Below, piece after piece: positions 1 through 9,389 of a DNA stretch of 64,000 bases (within the stretch, counting starts at the first letter, position 1; every line of letters begins with the position of its first letter). The position numbers and the translations under genes are program-made. The notes under the pieces were generated by a model, which was not told the DNA's origin, did no database searches, and saw only the letters and a program-made list of their open reading frames with translations. The DNA comes from Bradymonadia bacterium. GTDB taxonomy: Bacteria > Myxococcota_A > Bradymonadia > UBA7976 > UBA1532. The stretch covers positions 224,001 to 288,000 of the forward strand of contig JBKAGE010000037.1 of assembly GCA_046290225.1 (NCBI GenBank), written 5' to 3'.

Positions 1-1100
1 GCAAAGCCCCGGCGAGCCAGCCCTCTTCAGGGGCGCCCACCGTAGCCACAGAGCAGGTCGACCCACGCGGCCCCAACACGCCCACCCCCCTCGCTGGGCC
101 GGCCTTCGGCACCCCGCTCTACCACCAGAGCAGCCACATGTCTTGGCTCGAAGGGCGCTATGGGGATCTCAAGGCCGATCCGCTCATCGCCTTTGGCGGT
201 GACGCCCGCCTCGGGGCGTGGCTCGCGGGGCCGCTCATCTTCCCCATGCAAGGCGATCTCTACACCTCGGTGCAGCCCATCGAGCACCTCACCCTCTCGG
301 CCTCGGCGGGCATCCGCGGCCGCAGCAGGAGCATCGACCTCGACGGCGGCGGCGTCGATGAGCAGGACCGCGTCGGCATACGCGATCTCTGGGTGATGAC
401 CCACGAGTGGCCCTATCTGTCGTACGCCCGGGTGGGGCGGTTCCTGCCCATCTTCGGCACTCGGGTGGCCGATCACACGGCGTACATCCGACGCCCCTTC
501 GGCCTGAGCCAGGAAGATCCAGCGAACCGCGTCGTGGGGGCCGAGCTGGGCTTCACGGCCAACTACCCCTACCTGCACGCCTCGGTCTTCAAGCCCAGCA
601 GCGCTCAGGCGAGAGACCCATTTGCCACAGCCGACGGCTGGGGCACGGCAGTGAGCGCCGGCTGGCGCGACCTCGGATGGCAGATCGGCGCCAGCGGCAT
701 GCTCAGACGCCGGCCCCTCGAAGGGGGCGGCGACACCACCGACGTGTCGCTGCAGTGGGGGTTCAACCCCTGGTTTTATTGGAAGGCTCTCCCGCTCACC
801 TACCTCGGCGAGATCTCGGCGGGTCGACTACAACGCCCGCTGAGCGGCAAGGAGACCACCCAGACGGCGGCCTACCACCAGCTGGCCTGGACGGCCTTCA
901 ACGGCATCGTGATTCGCGGCCGCTACGACTTCTGGGATCCGGATCGAGAGGTCAAGGAGGACCACATCCACCGCCCAGGGCTGGGCTTCGACCTGCACCC
1001 CTGGACCGGCCTCACCTTCTCTGCGGACTTCCGCGTGGGTCTGCCTGCAGGGGGCAACGCCAGCGGCGATCTCTTCCTCCAGCTGCATGGCTGGTTCTGA
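1..1100 (+). CDS. Outer-membrane beta-barrel (porin-like) protein, 5' end outside the window
   Basis: Frame is open from base 3 into the 138..1100 ORF; amphipathic beta-strand pattern; C-terminal ...FLQLHGWF Bam-type signal. Confidence 0.7.
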   Translation, partial: KAPASQPSSGAPTVATEQVDPRGPNTPTPLAGPAFGTPLYHQSSHMSWLEGRYGDLKADPLIAFGGDARLGAWLAGPLIFPMQGDLYTSVQPIEHLTLSASAGIRGRSRSIDLDGGGVDEQDRVGIRDLWVMTHEWPYLSYARVGRFLPIFGTRVADHTAYIRRPFGLSQEDPANRVVGAELGFTANYPYLHASVFKPSSAQARDPFATADGWGTAVSAGWRDLGWQIGASGMLRRRPLEGGGDTTDVSLQWGFNPWFYWKALPLTYLGEISAGRLQRPLSGKETTQTAAYHQLAWTAFNGIVIRGRYDFWDPDREVKEDHIHRPGLGFDLHPWTGLTFSADFRVGLPAGGNASGDLFLQLHGWF

Positions 1101-1272
1101 GCCACCAGCCTTCGAACAGGCCTCTTCTTGCCCGACCGCCTCATGACGTGGCAACGTCGCTCCGATACAGAGATTTTACCCTCGTTGGCGACCTCAAGGC
1201 GGGTTGCCGGCATCGTTCAAGACACTGCCTCGTCGCGCAGGCGCACGGCGGGGGCGCTCGAAAAAGGTTCAC

Positions 1273-1719
1273 ATGGGCATTCTCACCGAGAAGCTGCTGG
1301 CCGACGACACTCGGCCCACCGTGGTCAACGACTGTGTGCGGGTCATCGAAGACGAGGTGGCGAGCAAGAAAGGCGTGAGCGGGCTCGCCATCAAGGGGGC
1401 CTTCAAGGCCCTCAAGGCCATCAAGCCCGGCATGGTGCGCAACGCGGTCAACGGGCTGCTCGACGAGTTCGTCGAGAACCTCGACCCGTTCTACCAGCGC
1501 TTCGTCGACGCCGGGAAGCCCGGGGGCATCGAGTCGTACCTGGTGAAGCACGACGGCGAGGTCTCCGACGCGCTGCTGAGCATCACCGACGGCAAGGCCC
1601 GAACCACGAGCAACAAGACGCTCAAGAAGCTCTATGACAAGCTCCGCCCCCAGGGCAAAAAGCAGGTTCAGGCGGCCATGCCCCGCGTGGGCAAGATGCT
1701 CGCCAAGCACGGTCTCTGA
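1273..1719 (+). CDS. DUF6918-like small helical protein
   Basis: ATG 1273 after AAAGG; LADDTRPTVVNDC..IEDEVASKKGVSGLAIK pattern recalled for this family. Confidence 0.7.
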   Translation: MGILTEKLLADDTRPTVVNDCVRVIEDEVASKKGVSGLAIKGAFKALKAIKPGMVRNAVNGLLDEFVENLDPFYQRFVDAGKPGGIESYLVKHDGEVSDALLSITDGKARTTSNKTLKKLYDKLRPQGKKQVQAAMPRVGKMLAKHGL

Positions 1720-1804
1720 GCACAGAGCCCAATGCCCACCCCCTGCCCGCCCGTTCGGTGCCGGTGCTTCATCATCATGTTCTAAACATTGAAAGTGTGA
1801 CGAC

Positions 1805-3262
1805 ATGTCAATCCAACCCACCGAGACGCGGCAGGCACCGGAAGACGGCCTGTCGTACTTCGCCCAGTTCGGGGTCGACGAGACCTTGTTCAGGGCTGCC
1901 TTCGACAAGGCCCTCGCCCGAGGAGGCGACTGGGCCGAGCTGTTCTTCGAGCACCGCATCACCCACAGCGTGGGCCTGGAAGACGGCTCGGTGAACCGGG
2001 CCTTCAGCTCGGTCACCCTCGGCTGCGGGGTGCGCGTGGTGCAGGGCGATCAGACCGGCTACGCCTACACCGAGGATCTCAGCCTCGAGAGCGTGGCCGC
2101 CGCCGCCGGCACCGCCGCCGTGGTGGCCAGCGGCCCCAGCCGGGACACCCCCACGGCCTACGCCGTGCAGGCCTTGCCGAACCGCTACCCCGTGCAGCAA
2201 GCCTGGGATCAGGTGGGCATCGCCGAGAAGATGCCCATCTTGACCCGCATCAACGAGCGGGCCTTTGCCCGTGACGCCCGCATCAGCAAGGTGCGGGTGA
2301 GCTTCGTCGACTCCGCGGGGGCCGTGCTCGTCGTCGAGTCCACGGGGCAGGTGAGCTTCGACCGCCAGCCCATGACCCGGGTGGGGGTGAGCTGCACCGC
2401 GGAGCAGGGCGACCAGCGTGAGAGCAACGGCTTCAACCTCGCGGGCCGTCAGGGCTTCGAGTTCTTCAGCGACGAGCGGGTCGATAACGCCGCCGACGAG
2501 GCCGTCGATCGCACGCTGTTCTTGTTCGACGCCACAACGGCCCCTGCTGGTGAGATGCCGGTGGTGCTTGCTGCCGGCTCTTCGGGCATCTTGCTGCACG
2601 AGGCCATCGGCCACGGCATGGAGGCCGATTTCAACCGCAAGGGCATCTCGGTCTACAGCGACAAGCTCAACCAGATCATCGCCCCCAAGGACGTGACCAT
2701 CGTGGACGACGGCACCCAGGCCCACAGCCGCGGCGCCATCAACGTCGACGATGAGGGGGTCGAGGCCCAGCGCACAGTGCTCGTGGAGAATGGCACCCTG
2801 GTCAGCTACATGCATGATCGCATCAGCGCCAAACACTACGGGGTGAAGCCCACCGGGAACGGCCGCCGCGAGAGCTTCCGCCACGCCCCGGTACCCCGCA
2901 TGCGCAACACGTACATGCTCCCCGGGCCACGTGATCCAGAGGAGATCATCAAGTCGGTGAAGCACGGGGTGTACGCCCAGACCTTCACCAACGGTCAGGT
3001 GATGATCGGCGCCGGTGATTTCACCTTCTACATCAAGACCGGATACATGATCGAAGATGGCAAACTGACCCGGCCGATCAAAGACACCAACATCATCGGG
3101 AATGGCCCCCAGTGCCTCGAGCGCACCGACATGGTGGGCAACGACTTCGCCTTCGATGACGGGGGCTGGACCTGCGGGAAGGACGGCCAGAGCGTGCCGG
3201 TGTCGCTGGGCATGCCCACTGTGCGTGTCTCGGCCATCACCGTCGGGGGGGTGAACTCATGA
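1805..3262 (+). CDS. tldD: TldD metalloprotease subunit
   Basis: HEAIGHGMEAD zinc motif, GNGRRES..PRMRNTYM, C-terminal CGKDGQSVPV..GMPT. Confidence 0.95.
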   Translation: MSIQPTETRQAPEDGLSYFAQFGVDETLFRAAFDKALARGGDWAELFFEHRITHSVGLEDGSVNRAFSSVTLGCGVRVVQGDQTGYAYTEDLSLESVAAAAGTAAVVASGPSRDTPTAYAVQALPNRYPVQQAWDQVGIAEKMPILTRINERAFARDARISKVRVSFVDSAGAVLVVESTGQVSFDRQPMTRVGVSCTAEQGDQRESNGFNLAGRQGFEFFSDERVDNAADEAVDRTLFLFDATTAPAGEMPVVLAAGSSGILLHEAIGHGMEADFNRKGISVYSDKLNQIIAPKDVTIVDDGTQAHSRGAINVDDEGVEAQRTVLVENGTLVSYMHDRISAKHYGVKPTGNGRRESFRHAPVPRMRNTYMLPGPRDPEEIIKSVKHGVYAQTFTNGQVMIGAGDFTFYIKTGYMIEDGKLTRPIKDTNIIGNGPQCLERTDMVGNDFAFDDGGWTCGKDGQSVPVSLGMPTVRVSAITVGGVNS

Positions 3263-4584
3263 GCGATCTGCTCAAGCGGGCCCACGACGCTGTGGCCCTG
3301 GCGAAGAAGCACGGCGCCGATGACGTGGTGGCCAGCATCGGCCGCTCTCGCGGGGTGGAGCTGGAGTGGCGCGACGGCAAGATGGAGCGGGTGCAGGATC
3401 AGACCACCCAAGGCCTGAGCCTGCGCCTCTACGTGAACGGCCGCTACAGCGCCAACAGCACCAACGATCTGCGCCCCGAGGCTCTCGACGCCTTCGTGGG
3501 CGAGGCCGTGGCCATGACCCAGCTGCTCGAGCCCGATCCGCACCGCAACTTGCCTGATCCGTCGATGTACGAAGGCCGCGCCGACGTGGATCTCGATCTG
3601 GTGGACGACGCCCACAAGAGCGTCACGTCGTCACAGCGCATGACCTGGGCCGACGAGCTCGAGACCCTGGTTCGGGAGCAGGCCCCGGAGGGCGCCCCCA
3701 TCGTCTCGGTGGCCACCGGCGTCTCCGACGGTTACGGGGAGCGGGCCCGGGTGCACTCCAACGGCTTCGAGGGCTACTCCGAGGGCACCACCTTCAGCCG
3801 CTGGACTCAAATCACCCTCAAAGACGAGGACGGCCGTCGCCCCGCGGGCTTCGGCTGGACCGCCAGCCGCCACCTCGAAGATCTCGACGACGCACGCCGC
3901 GTGGCCACCGATGGCGTGGCCCGGGCGATGCAGCAGCTCGGCGCTGGCAAGCTCAACACCGGCCGCTACACAGTCATCGTGGAGAACCGCGCCCTCGGTC
4001 GCCTGATCGGTGCCCTGCTCGGCCCACTCTCCGGGGCGGCGCTGCAGCAAAAGCAGTCGCTCTGGGATGGCAAGCTCGACACCCAGATCGTGAGCGACAA
4101 GCTCACCCTGGTGAGCGAGCCCCACATCGTGCGCGGTCTGGGCTCGGCCCTCTGGGACGGCGACGGCTTCGCCACCAAGGAGCGCCCCATCCTCGAGAAC
4201 GGGGTGCTCAAGACCTACTTCATCGACCACTACTACGGAAACAAGATGGGCGTGGCCCCCACCACCAGCGGGTACAACAACCTGCGCTGGTCCATGGGCG
4301 ATAAAGGCCTCGCCGAGCTGGTCTCCGACGTGGGCGAGGGCGTACTCATCGACCGTTTCCTCGGCGGCAACAGCAACGGCACCACCGGTGAGATCAGCCT
4401 GGGCTGCGGCGGCCGCCGCATCGTGAACGGACAGCTCGAGGGCTCGGTGCAGGAGGTGAACCTGTCGGGTCACTTCGGCGAGATCTGGTCGAGCATCGTG
4501 GCCATCGGGAATGATCCGATGCCCTCGAGCTCGAGTCGCTGCCCTTCGGTGGTCTTCGAGGGGATTCAGCTGAGTGGGGTATAG
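3259..4584 (+). CDS. pmbA: PmbA/TldE subunit
   Basis: ATGA overlap with tldD; WDGDG...ILENGVLKTY; no HExxH motif. Confidence 0.9.
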   Translation: MSDLLKRAHDAVALAKKHGADDVVASIGRSRGVELEWRDGKMERVQDQTTQGLSLRLYVNGRYSANSTNDLRPEALDAFVGEAVAMTQLLEPDPHRNLPDPSMYEGRADVDLDLVDDAHKSVTSSQRMTWADELETLVREQAPEGAPIVSVATGVSDGYGERARVHSNGFEGYSEGTTFSRWTQITLKDEDGRRPAGFGWTASRHLEDLDDARRVATDGVARAMQQLGAGKLNTGRYTVIVENRALGRLIGALLGPLSGAALQQKQSLWDGKLDTQIVSDKLTLVSEPHIVRGLGSALWDGDGFATKERPILENGVLKTYFIDHYYGNKMGVAPTTSGYNNLRWSMGDKGLAELVSDVGEGVLIDRFLGGNSNGTTGEISLGCGGRRIVNGQLEGSVQEVNLSGHFGEIWSSIVAIGNDPMPSSSSRCPSVVFEGIQLSGV

Positions 4585-4626
4585 TTTACCCCCGGCTCTC
4601 GCTTTGCTTGTACGGCTGACGCCTTG

Positions 4627-4674
4627 AGAGAGTTTCGGGCACGGGCACGGGCACGGGCACGGGCACGGGCACGA
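4627..4674 (+). repeat. AGAGAGTTTC-(GGGCAC)6-GA hexamer microsatellite
   Basis: Six exact GGGCAC units at 4637-4672; same prefix and unit recur at 23864-23899. Confidence 0.95.
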
Positions 4675-4740
4675 CTTGATTCGTGACCTGGGCAGGGTGT
4701 CTGACAGCCCAACAACTTGTGACGTGCTGGGGTCAGGCTG

Positions 4741-5820
4741 TTGATTCGCTCCCTTCATCTTCAGAACTTCAAGAGTCATGTAGATACTCAGCTCGAGCTG
4801 GGGCGCTTGAATGTACTCGTGGGGCCGAACGCGGCGGGAAAGACCTCTGTTCTTCTTGCTCTTCATCTACATGAACAACTGATCTGGGATGAACAGGGTG
4901 TGCCCTTTCAGGGATACCACGGCATTCGCCATCTCGTTCGGCGAGGGCAAAACAAGCTGCTGGTCCATGTGGGATATGACTCGATCGATTTGGCCCTTCA
5001 AGCCACATACAGCTCACAGACTCTTCAGGGATTTAATCTCACTGCATACCAAGATGAAAGATCAGTTGGCCCAATACTTGAGAGCGGTCACTGGACGAAT
5101 GGCCAGAGGTACACTCACCGCCAAACCGTTCAACACACATGGCAAAAACGAACAGGGCGGCCAGCCTTTCTTCAACTGACACCTGGCGATCTCATGGCGC
5201 CAGCACCAATGAGCGCTTCACCTGTATTGAGTATGAGTGGACGAGGCTTGGCGGCGGTCATTGCTGAAATGAAGCTGACTGACTCCAAAGCACTTGATGC
5301 CATTGTGACCGATCTTCAAACCATCGTGCCTCAACTCATCGCATTGAGGGTCCACACAGTTGACCATGTCACTGAGCACAACCAGACGGAAGGACGGATG
5401 GAGTTGCTCGTCGACTTTGAAGGCGCCCCCGGCATCCCTGCCCACGCCGTCAGTGAAGGCACCCTCATCGCCATTGGCCTCATGACCATCTTGCACATGG
5501 AGCAGCGCCCCAAACTCATCTTGCTCGACGACATCGATCAGTCGCTCCACCCCAAAGCACAGTGGGAGCTGATTCGGCTCCTGCGGCGCTTCATCGAGCA
5601 AGATGACGAGTTGCAAATCGTCGCCACCACCCACTCCCCTTACCTCGTCGACGAGTTGGAGCCTGAAGAGGTCATCGTCACCGCACTTGATGACGAAGGT
5701 GTCAGCCACTGTCGGCGACTCTCAGACCACCCGGACGCAGCTCGATTGCGTGAGGTGCTCTCTACAGGTGAGATGCTCAGCGCTCAGGGCGAAGACTGGG
5801 TGATTCAGCCTGCCTCATGA
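4741..5820 (+). CDS. ABC/AAA-type ATPase (AAA_21/OLD-like, defence-associated)
   Basis: LHLQNFKSH start, Walker A GPNAAGKT, signature VSEGT, Walker B ILLDDIDQSLHP, IVATTHSPYL; visibly AT-richer than flanks; TTG start uncertain. Confidence 0.85.
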   Translation: MIRSLHLQNFKSHVDTQLELGRLNVLVGPNAAGKTSVLLALHLHEQLIWDEQGVPFQGYHGIRHLVRRGQNKLLVHVGYDSIDLALQATYSSQTLQGFNLTAYQDERSVGPILESGHWTNGQRYTHRQTVQHTWQKRTGRPAFLQLTPGDLMAPAPMSASPVLSMSGRGLAAVIAEMKLTDSKALDAIVTDLQTIVPQLIALRVHTVDHVTEHNQTEGRMELLVDFEGAPGIPAHAVSEGTLIAIGLMTILHMEQRPKLILLDDIDQSLHPKAQWELIRLLRRFIEQDDELQIVATTHSPYLVDELEPEEVIVTALDDEGVSHCRRLSDHPDAARLREVLSTGEMLSAQGEDWVIQPAS

Positions 5821-6561
5821 CGCAGATCTTCATCGTATGTGAAGCGTCTGCAGACGCCGACACCGTCAAGGTGCTCGCAGATCGGGTGATCTGTGAGGTG
5901 ATTGACTGGATCGACCCAGACACCCTTCAGTACAGCCGCACATGGTGCGAGCGATCTGGTCAGAGCCATCTCAAGTGGACCCAGCTCAAGAAGGATTGGA
6001 AGGCCCACAATCCTCATAGACATGTACACGGCAAGTATGGAGGCTCAGAAAAAGGGGAGCATATACAAGCGCGCAAAGCGATCATTCTGATCTTCGAGAC
6101 GCAGCCTGACGTCGACGCGCTCATCCTCTCCAGAGACACGGACGCCATCAGCGCTCGGCGTAAAGCCTTCGAAGACGCCCGTGCGTGCAATTGAATCAAA
6201 GGCGCTCACGACGATTTTGGCCATTGCACACCCGGAGCGTGAGGCGTGGCACATCGTCGGCTTTGAGCCCCTAGATGATGTCGAGCGTCAGCGCATACAA
6301 ACGTGCGCGGCTGAAATCGGGGGCCAACCACGGGCGGTGGCTCACAGCCTCAACCCCAAGAAAGAAGAGCACCTGAAATCAACGAAACGAGTGCTTGAGC
6401 AACTGACTGATGGCGACACCGAGCGCGAGCGCGCGTGCATCATTGAAACCCCCCTCGACCTCCTCAAAGATTCGGGCGAAGCTACGGGCCTGACTCAATA
6501 TCTGAACGAGCTGCGCACCCGGCTTGTCCCGCTCATCTCGGGGCGCCCTCAGGCGCAGTGA
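5817..6561 (+). pseudogene. TOPRIM-like (DUF4276-like) partner of the ATPase, frameshifted
   Basis: IVCEASAD and LSRDTD acidic motifs in 5817..6194; AIAHPEREAW in 6181..6561; removing one GTGC from GTGCGTGC (6181-6188) gives one 246-aa ORF. Confidence 0.7.
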
Positions 6562-6571
6562 AGAGGTGCTC

Positions 6572-8605
6572 ATGAACAAGCTGTTGATCTTCGCGCTGCT
6601 CCTCGCCGGCGGTGGCGCCGGGGCCTGGTATTTCCTCTCAGATGGAGGCGCCTCGGGGCCGAGCTTTGCCGAGCATCTCGACGCCGAGCACACCGTGGCC
6701 TTCGTGGCCATGGAAGATCTCGTCGCCACCACGCAGGCGATGGATCGCGTCTCGAAGTGGATGCCCGCAGAGCAGCGCCCAGCAGACGCCGAGCAGATCT
6801 TCGACCCCGCGAAGCGCTCCGCCTTGATGGGCTTCGACCCGGGCAGCGCCGCCGGATGGGCCAGCGTGGGCATCGATCCAGCGTGGGGCATCGCAGGCGT
6901 CGTGGACGATCGGCTGCGGCTGCCATCGGGCCAGCCCGTGCCCATGATCCTGTCCAAAATCACTGACCAGGGCGCCCTCATCAAAGCCCTCGACGGTCGC
7001 GGGCTGAAGATCACCCTCGAAGCCCCCGAAGGGGGGATCGCCAAAGGCACGGTGGCTGGGGAGCCCATTCTGGTGGGACAACGTGGCCCGCTCACCGCGG
7101 TGGTCTCCCTCACCGGCGTCCCCGAGGATGCTCAGGCGAACGTACGCCCCCTGTTCAGCGGCGTGCTCTCTGGCAATGGCTCTGCCCTCGCGAGCACTCA
7201 GCGATTCAAAGACGCCTCCCGAGGGCGCAAGGGGCGAGGGTTCAACCTCTATGTCGACACCGCCAGGGCCATCGCGGCTACACCCATGGGGGAGAACGGG
7301 CCACAGCCGATCTTCGACTTCTATACGTCTCGATTCCCCGCCGTGTCGCTCTGGCAGGGCGTCACCGAGGGCAGCAGCAGCGGCATGCGCATCCTGGTCC
7401 GCGGTGAGGGCCTCACGGCGTTGAAGCAGATCGTACAGCCCAAGGCGGCGAGCCCGAAGTTCAGCGCCTACCTGCCCGAAGGGGCCTGGTACACAGGCCG
7501 GATGAGCATCAACCTCAAAGAGCTCGTCACGGGCCTCACCGCCCTCATCCCCGCAGAGTTGAGCGAGGTGCGATCCGCCGTGGCCATGGCCCCCGCGGGG
7601 TTGTCCATGATCACGGGGCTGACCTTTGATGATCTGGCGGCAGGGTTCTCGGGGCACTTCTCCTTCGGCGGCCGCATGGATCTCGCCATCTCGGGCAGCC
7701 CTGTCCCGGAGGTCCTGCTCGGGCAAGCCGGCCTCGCCGACGTGAAGAAGGCCCGCAGCATCCTCGAAGGGCTCCTCACCAAAGCAGGGATACCCTCTAC
7801 GCCAGTAGAGCTGAGTGGACACTCGGGGGTCAGCGTCGAGGCCGCAGGCGCGCGCTTTGTCGCGCTCTTCACCGACAATGTGCTCCTGCTCGGATCCGAG
7901 GCCATGGTGAAGGCTGCCGCAGAGAAGCCCAATGGCATCTCGGCCCCCATGGCGAAGTTCATCGATGGCGACGCCTTCTATGGCGCCACGGTGGACATCG
8001 AGCAAATCGCCCGCCTGATGCCCGAGGGGAACCCCCAGACCGACGGGCTCAAGATGCTCCCCATCAACGAGATCTTCGACGGCCCCTTCCAAGTGGGGAT
8101 GACCCTCGACGACCACGGCATCTATGTCGACGAGGCCACCATGGTCCTCGGCGCCGCGGCGGCGATCGCGATTCCTGCCTTCATCAATTACACGAAACGC
8201 GCCAAGGTGACCGAGGTGCAGTTCACCCTGATGCGCATCGCCGATCGGGCCAACACCCACTACATCGACGCCCAGATGGGTGGTGGCTTGGACACTCTGC
8301 AATTCCCCACGTCGACCGGCCCGACGCCGAGCCGACCGCTGTGCAGCGACGGAGATCGGTACGTACATCGCTCAGAAGACTGGCAACACGACACCTGGAA
8401 GACCTTGAAGTTCGAACCGAGCAGCGATCACTACTTCCAGTATGAGTTCATCTCTCAGGGGTCGGGCCGTGAGGCCTCGTTCATCGTGCGGGCCCGGGGC
8501 GATTTGGACTGTGACGGCGAGACCTCTCTCTATGAGATCACGGGTGCCTTCGACGGCAACCTGTTCAAGATCAGCGACGTGCGTGAGGAGAGGCCCCTGG
8601 AATAG
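6572..8605 (+). CDS. Membrane-anchored DUF3352-like protein with C-terminal type IV pilin-like domain
   Basis: ATG 6572 after GAGGTG; N-terminal TM; C-terminal AIAIPAFINYTKRAKVTE...YFQYEF...ARGDLDCDG resembling deltaproteobacterial PilA. Confidence 0.65.
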   Translation: MNKLLIFALLLAGGGAGAWYFLSDGGASGPSFAEHLDAEHTVAFVAMEDLVATTQAMDRVSKWMPAEQRPADAEQIFDPAKRSALMGFDPGSAAGWASVGIDPAWGIAGVVDDRLRLPSGQPVPMILSKITDQGALIKALDGRGLKITLEAPEGGIAKGTVAGEPILVGQRGPLTAVVSLTGVPEDAQANVRPLFSGVLSGNGSALASTQRFKDASRGRKGRGFNLYVDTARAIAATPMGENGPQPIFDFYTSRFPAVSLWQGVTEGSSSGMRILVRGEGLTALKQIVQPKAASPKFSAYLPEGAWYTGRMSINLKELVTGLTALIPAELSEVRSAVAMAPAGLSMITGLTFDDLAAGFSGHFSFGGRMDLAISGSPVPEVLLGQAGLADVKKARSILEGLLTKAGIPSTPVELSGHSGVSVEAAGARFVALFTDNVLLLGSEAMVKAAAEKPNGISAPMAKFIDGDAFYGATVDIEQIARLMPEGNPQTDGLKMLPINEIFDGPFQVGMTLDDHGIYVDEATMVLGAAAAIAIPAFINYTKRAKVTEVQFTLMRIADRANTHYIDAQMGGGLDTLQFPTSTGPTPSRPLCSDGDRYVHRSEDWQHDTWKTLKFEPSSDHYFQYEFISQGSGREASFIVRARGDLDCDGETSLYEITGAFDGNLFKISDVREERPLE

Positions 8606-8750
8606 CAGAGCTCTGACTGGCTCTGCGCTGTACCCATGCGATGGCCTTCTGGGTCAGTGATGACACACCTAGCGCGACCCTGCCTTCATATTCTCCACCA
8701 AAAGCTTCGATTTCCTCTCTTGCGTGCATCATTGGACCCAGGAGAGATCG

Positions 8751-9386
8751 ATGCGTATTCGTCACTTGCTCGTCGCCAGCTTCGCCGTCACCACCCTCGG
8801 CCTCACCAGTGCCTCCGCAAAGAGTGGTCAGGGCTACACCAGCATCACCGCCGCTCAGGGTGCTGATCACGAAGGGATCATCACCGAGTTCTTCTCCTAC
8901 GAGTCACCCAAGAGCCGGAGCGCTTGGCAGAAGATGAGTCAGTGGAAGGTGCCCAGCGCCATGGAGTACGAGCGCGTACCGTACATCCAGCGGGCCCACC
9001 ACGCCGTTCAGGCCCGCGGCTACTATGCCTCTCTGCTCCTCGACGAGAGTGGCAAGCACGAGGCCTTTCAGCGCGAGCTCTTCGAAGCGATTCAGGTACA
9101 CGGCGAGTCAGTGACCACCATCGACCAGGTCGTCGACGTGGCCCGGAGCGCAGGGTACGACGCTGCGAACTTCAAGAAGGTCATGCAGGGCGCCGCGGTG
9201 AAGGCCAAGGTGAAGTACGCCCAGGATCTCGCCCAGCAAATGCAGCCCCGCTCGCTGCCCACGCTCATCGTCGATGGCCGCTATCGTACCGACGGCCAGC
9301 TCGCAGGCAACGCAGATCGCATGATCAAGGTGCTCGACAGTCTCGTGGGCAGCGAGCGCGACCAGCTGGCCTCCACCAAGCGCTGA
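8751..9386 (+). CDS. DsbA-like thioredoxin-fold periplasmic protein lacking CxxC
   Basis: Signal peptide; EFFSYESPKS aligns with DsbA EFFSYxCPHC; cis-Pro loop LPTLIVDGRY; no Cys in the protein. Confidence 0.75.
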   Translation: MRIRHLLVASFAVTTLGLTSASAKSGQGYTSITAAQGADHEGIITEFFSYESPKSRSAWQKMSQWKVPSAMEYERVPYIQRAHHAVQARGYYASLLLDESGKHEAFQRELFEAIQVHGESVTTIDQVVDVARSAGYDAANFKKVMQGAAVKAKVKYAQDLAQQMQPRSLPTLIVDGRYRTDGQLAGNADRMIKVLDSLVGSERDQLASTKR

Positions 9387-9389
9387 GGC

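Noticed and set aside
1805..4584. TldD/PmbA as the dedicated protease for the repeat peptide
   Set aside because: About 40 kb away and widely conserved; nothing in the sequence links them
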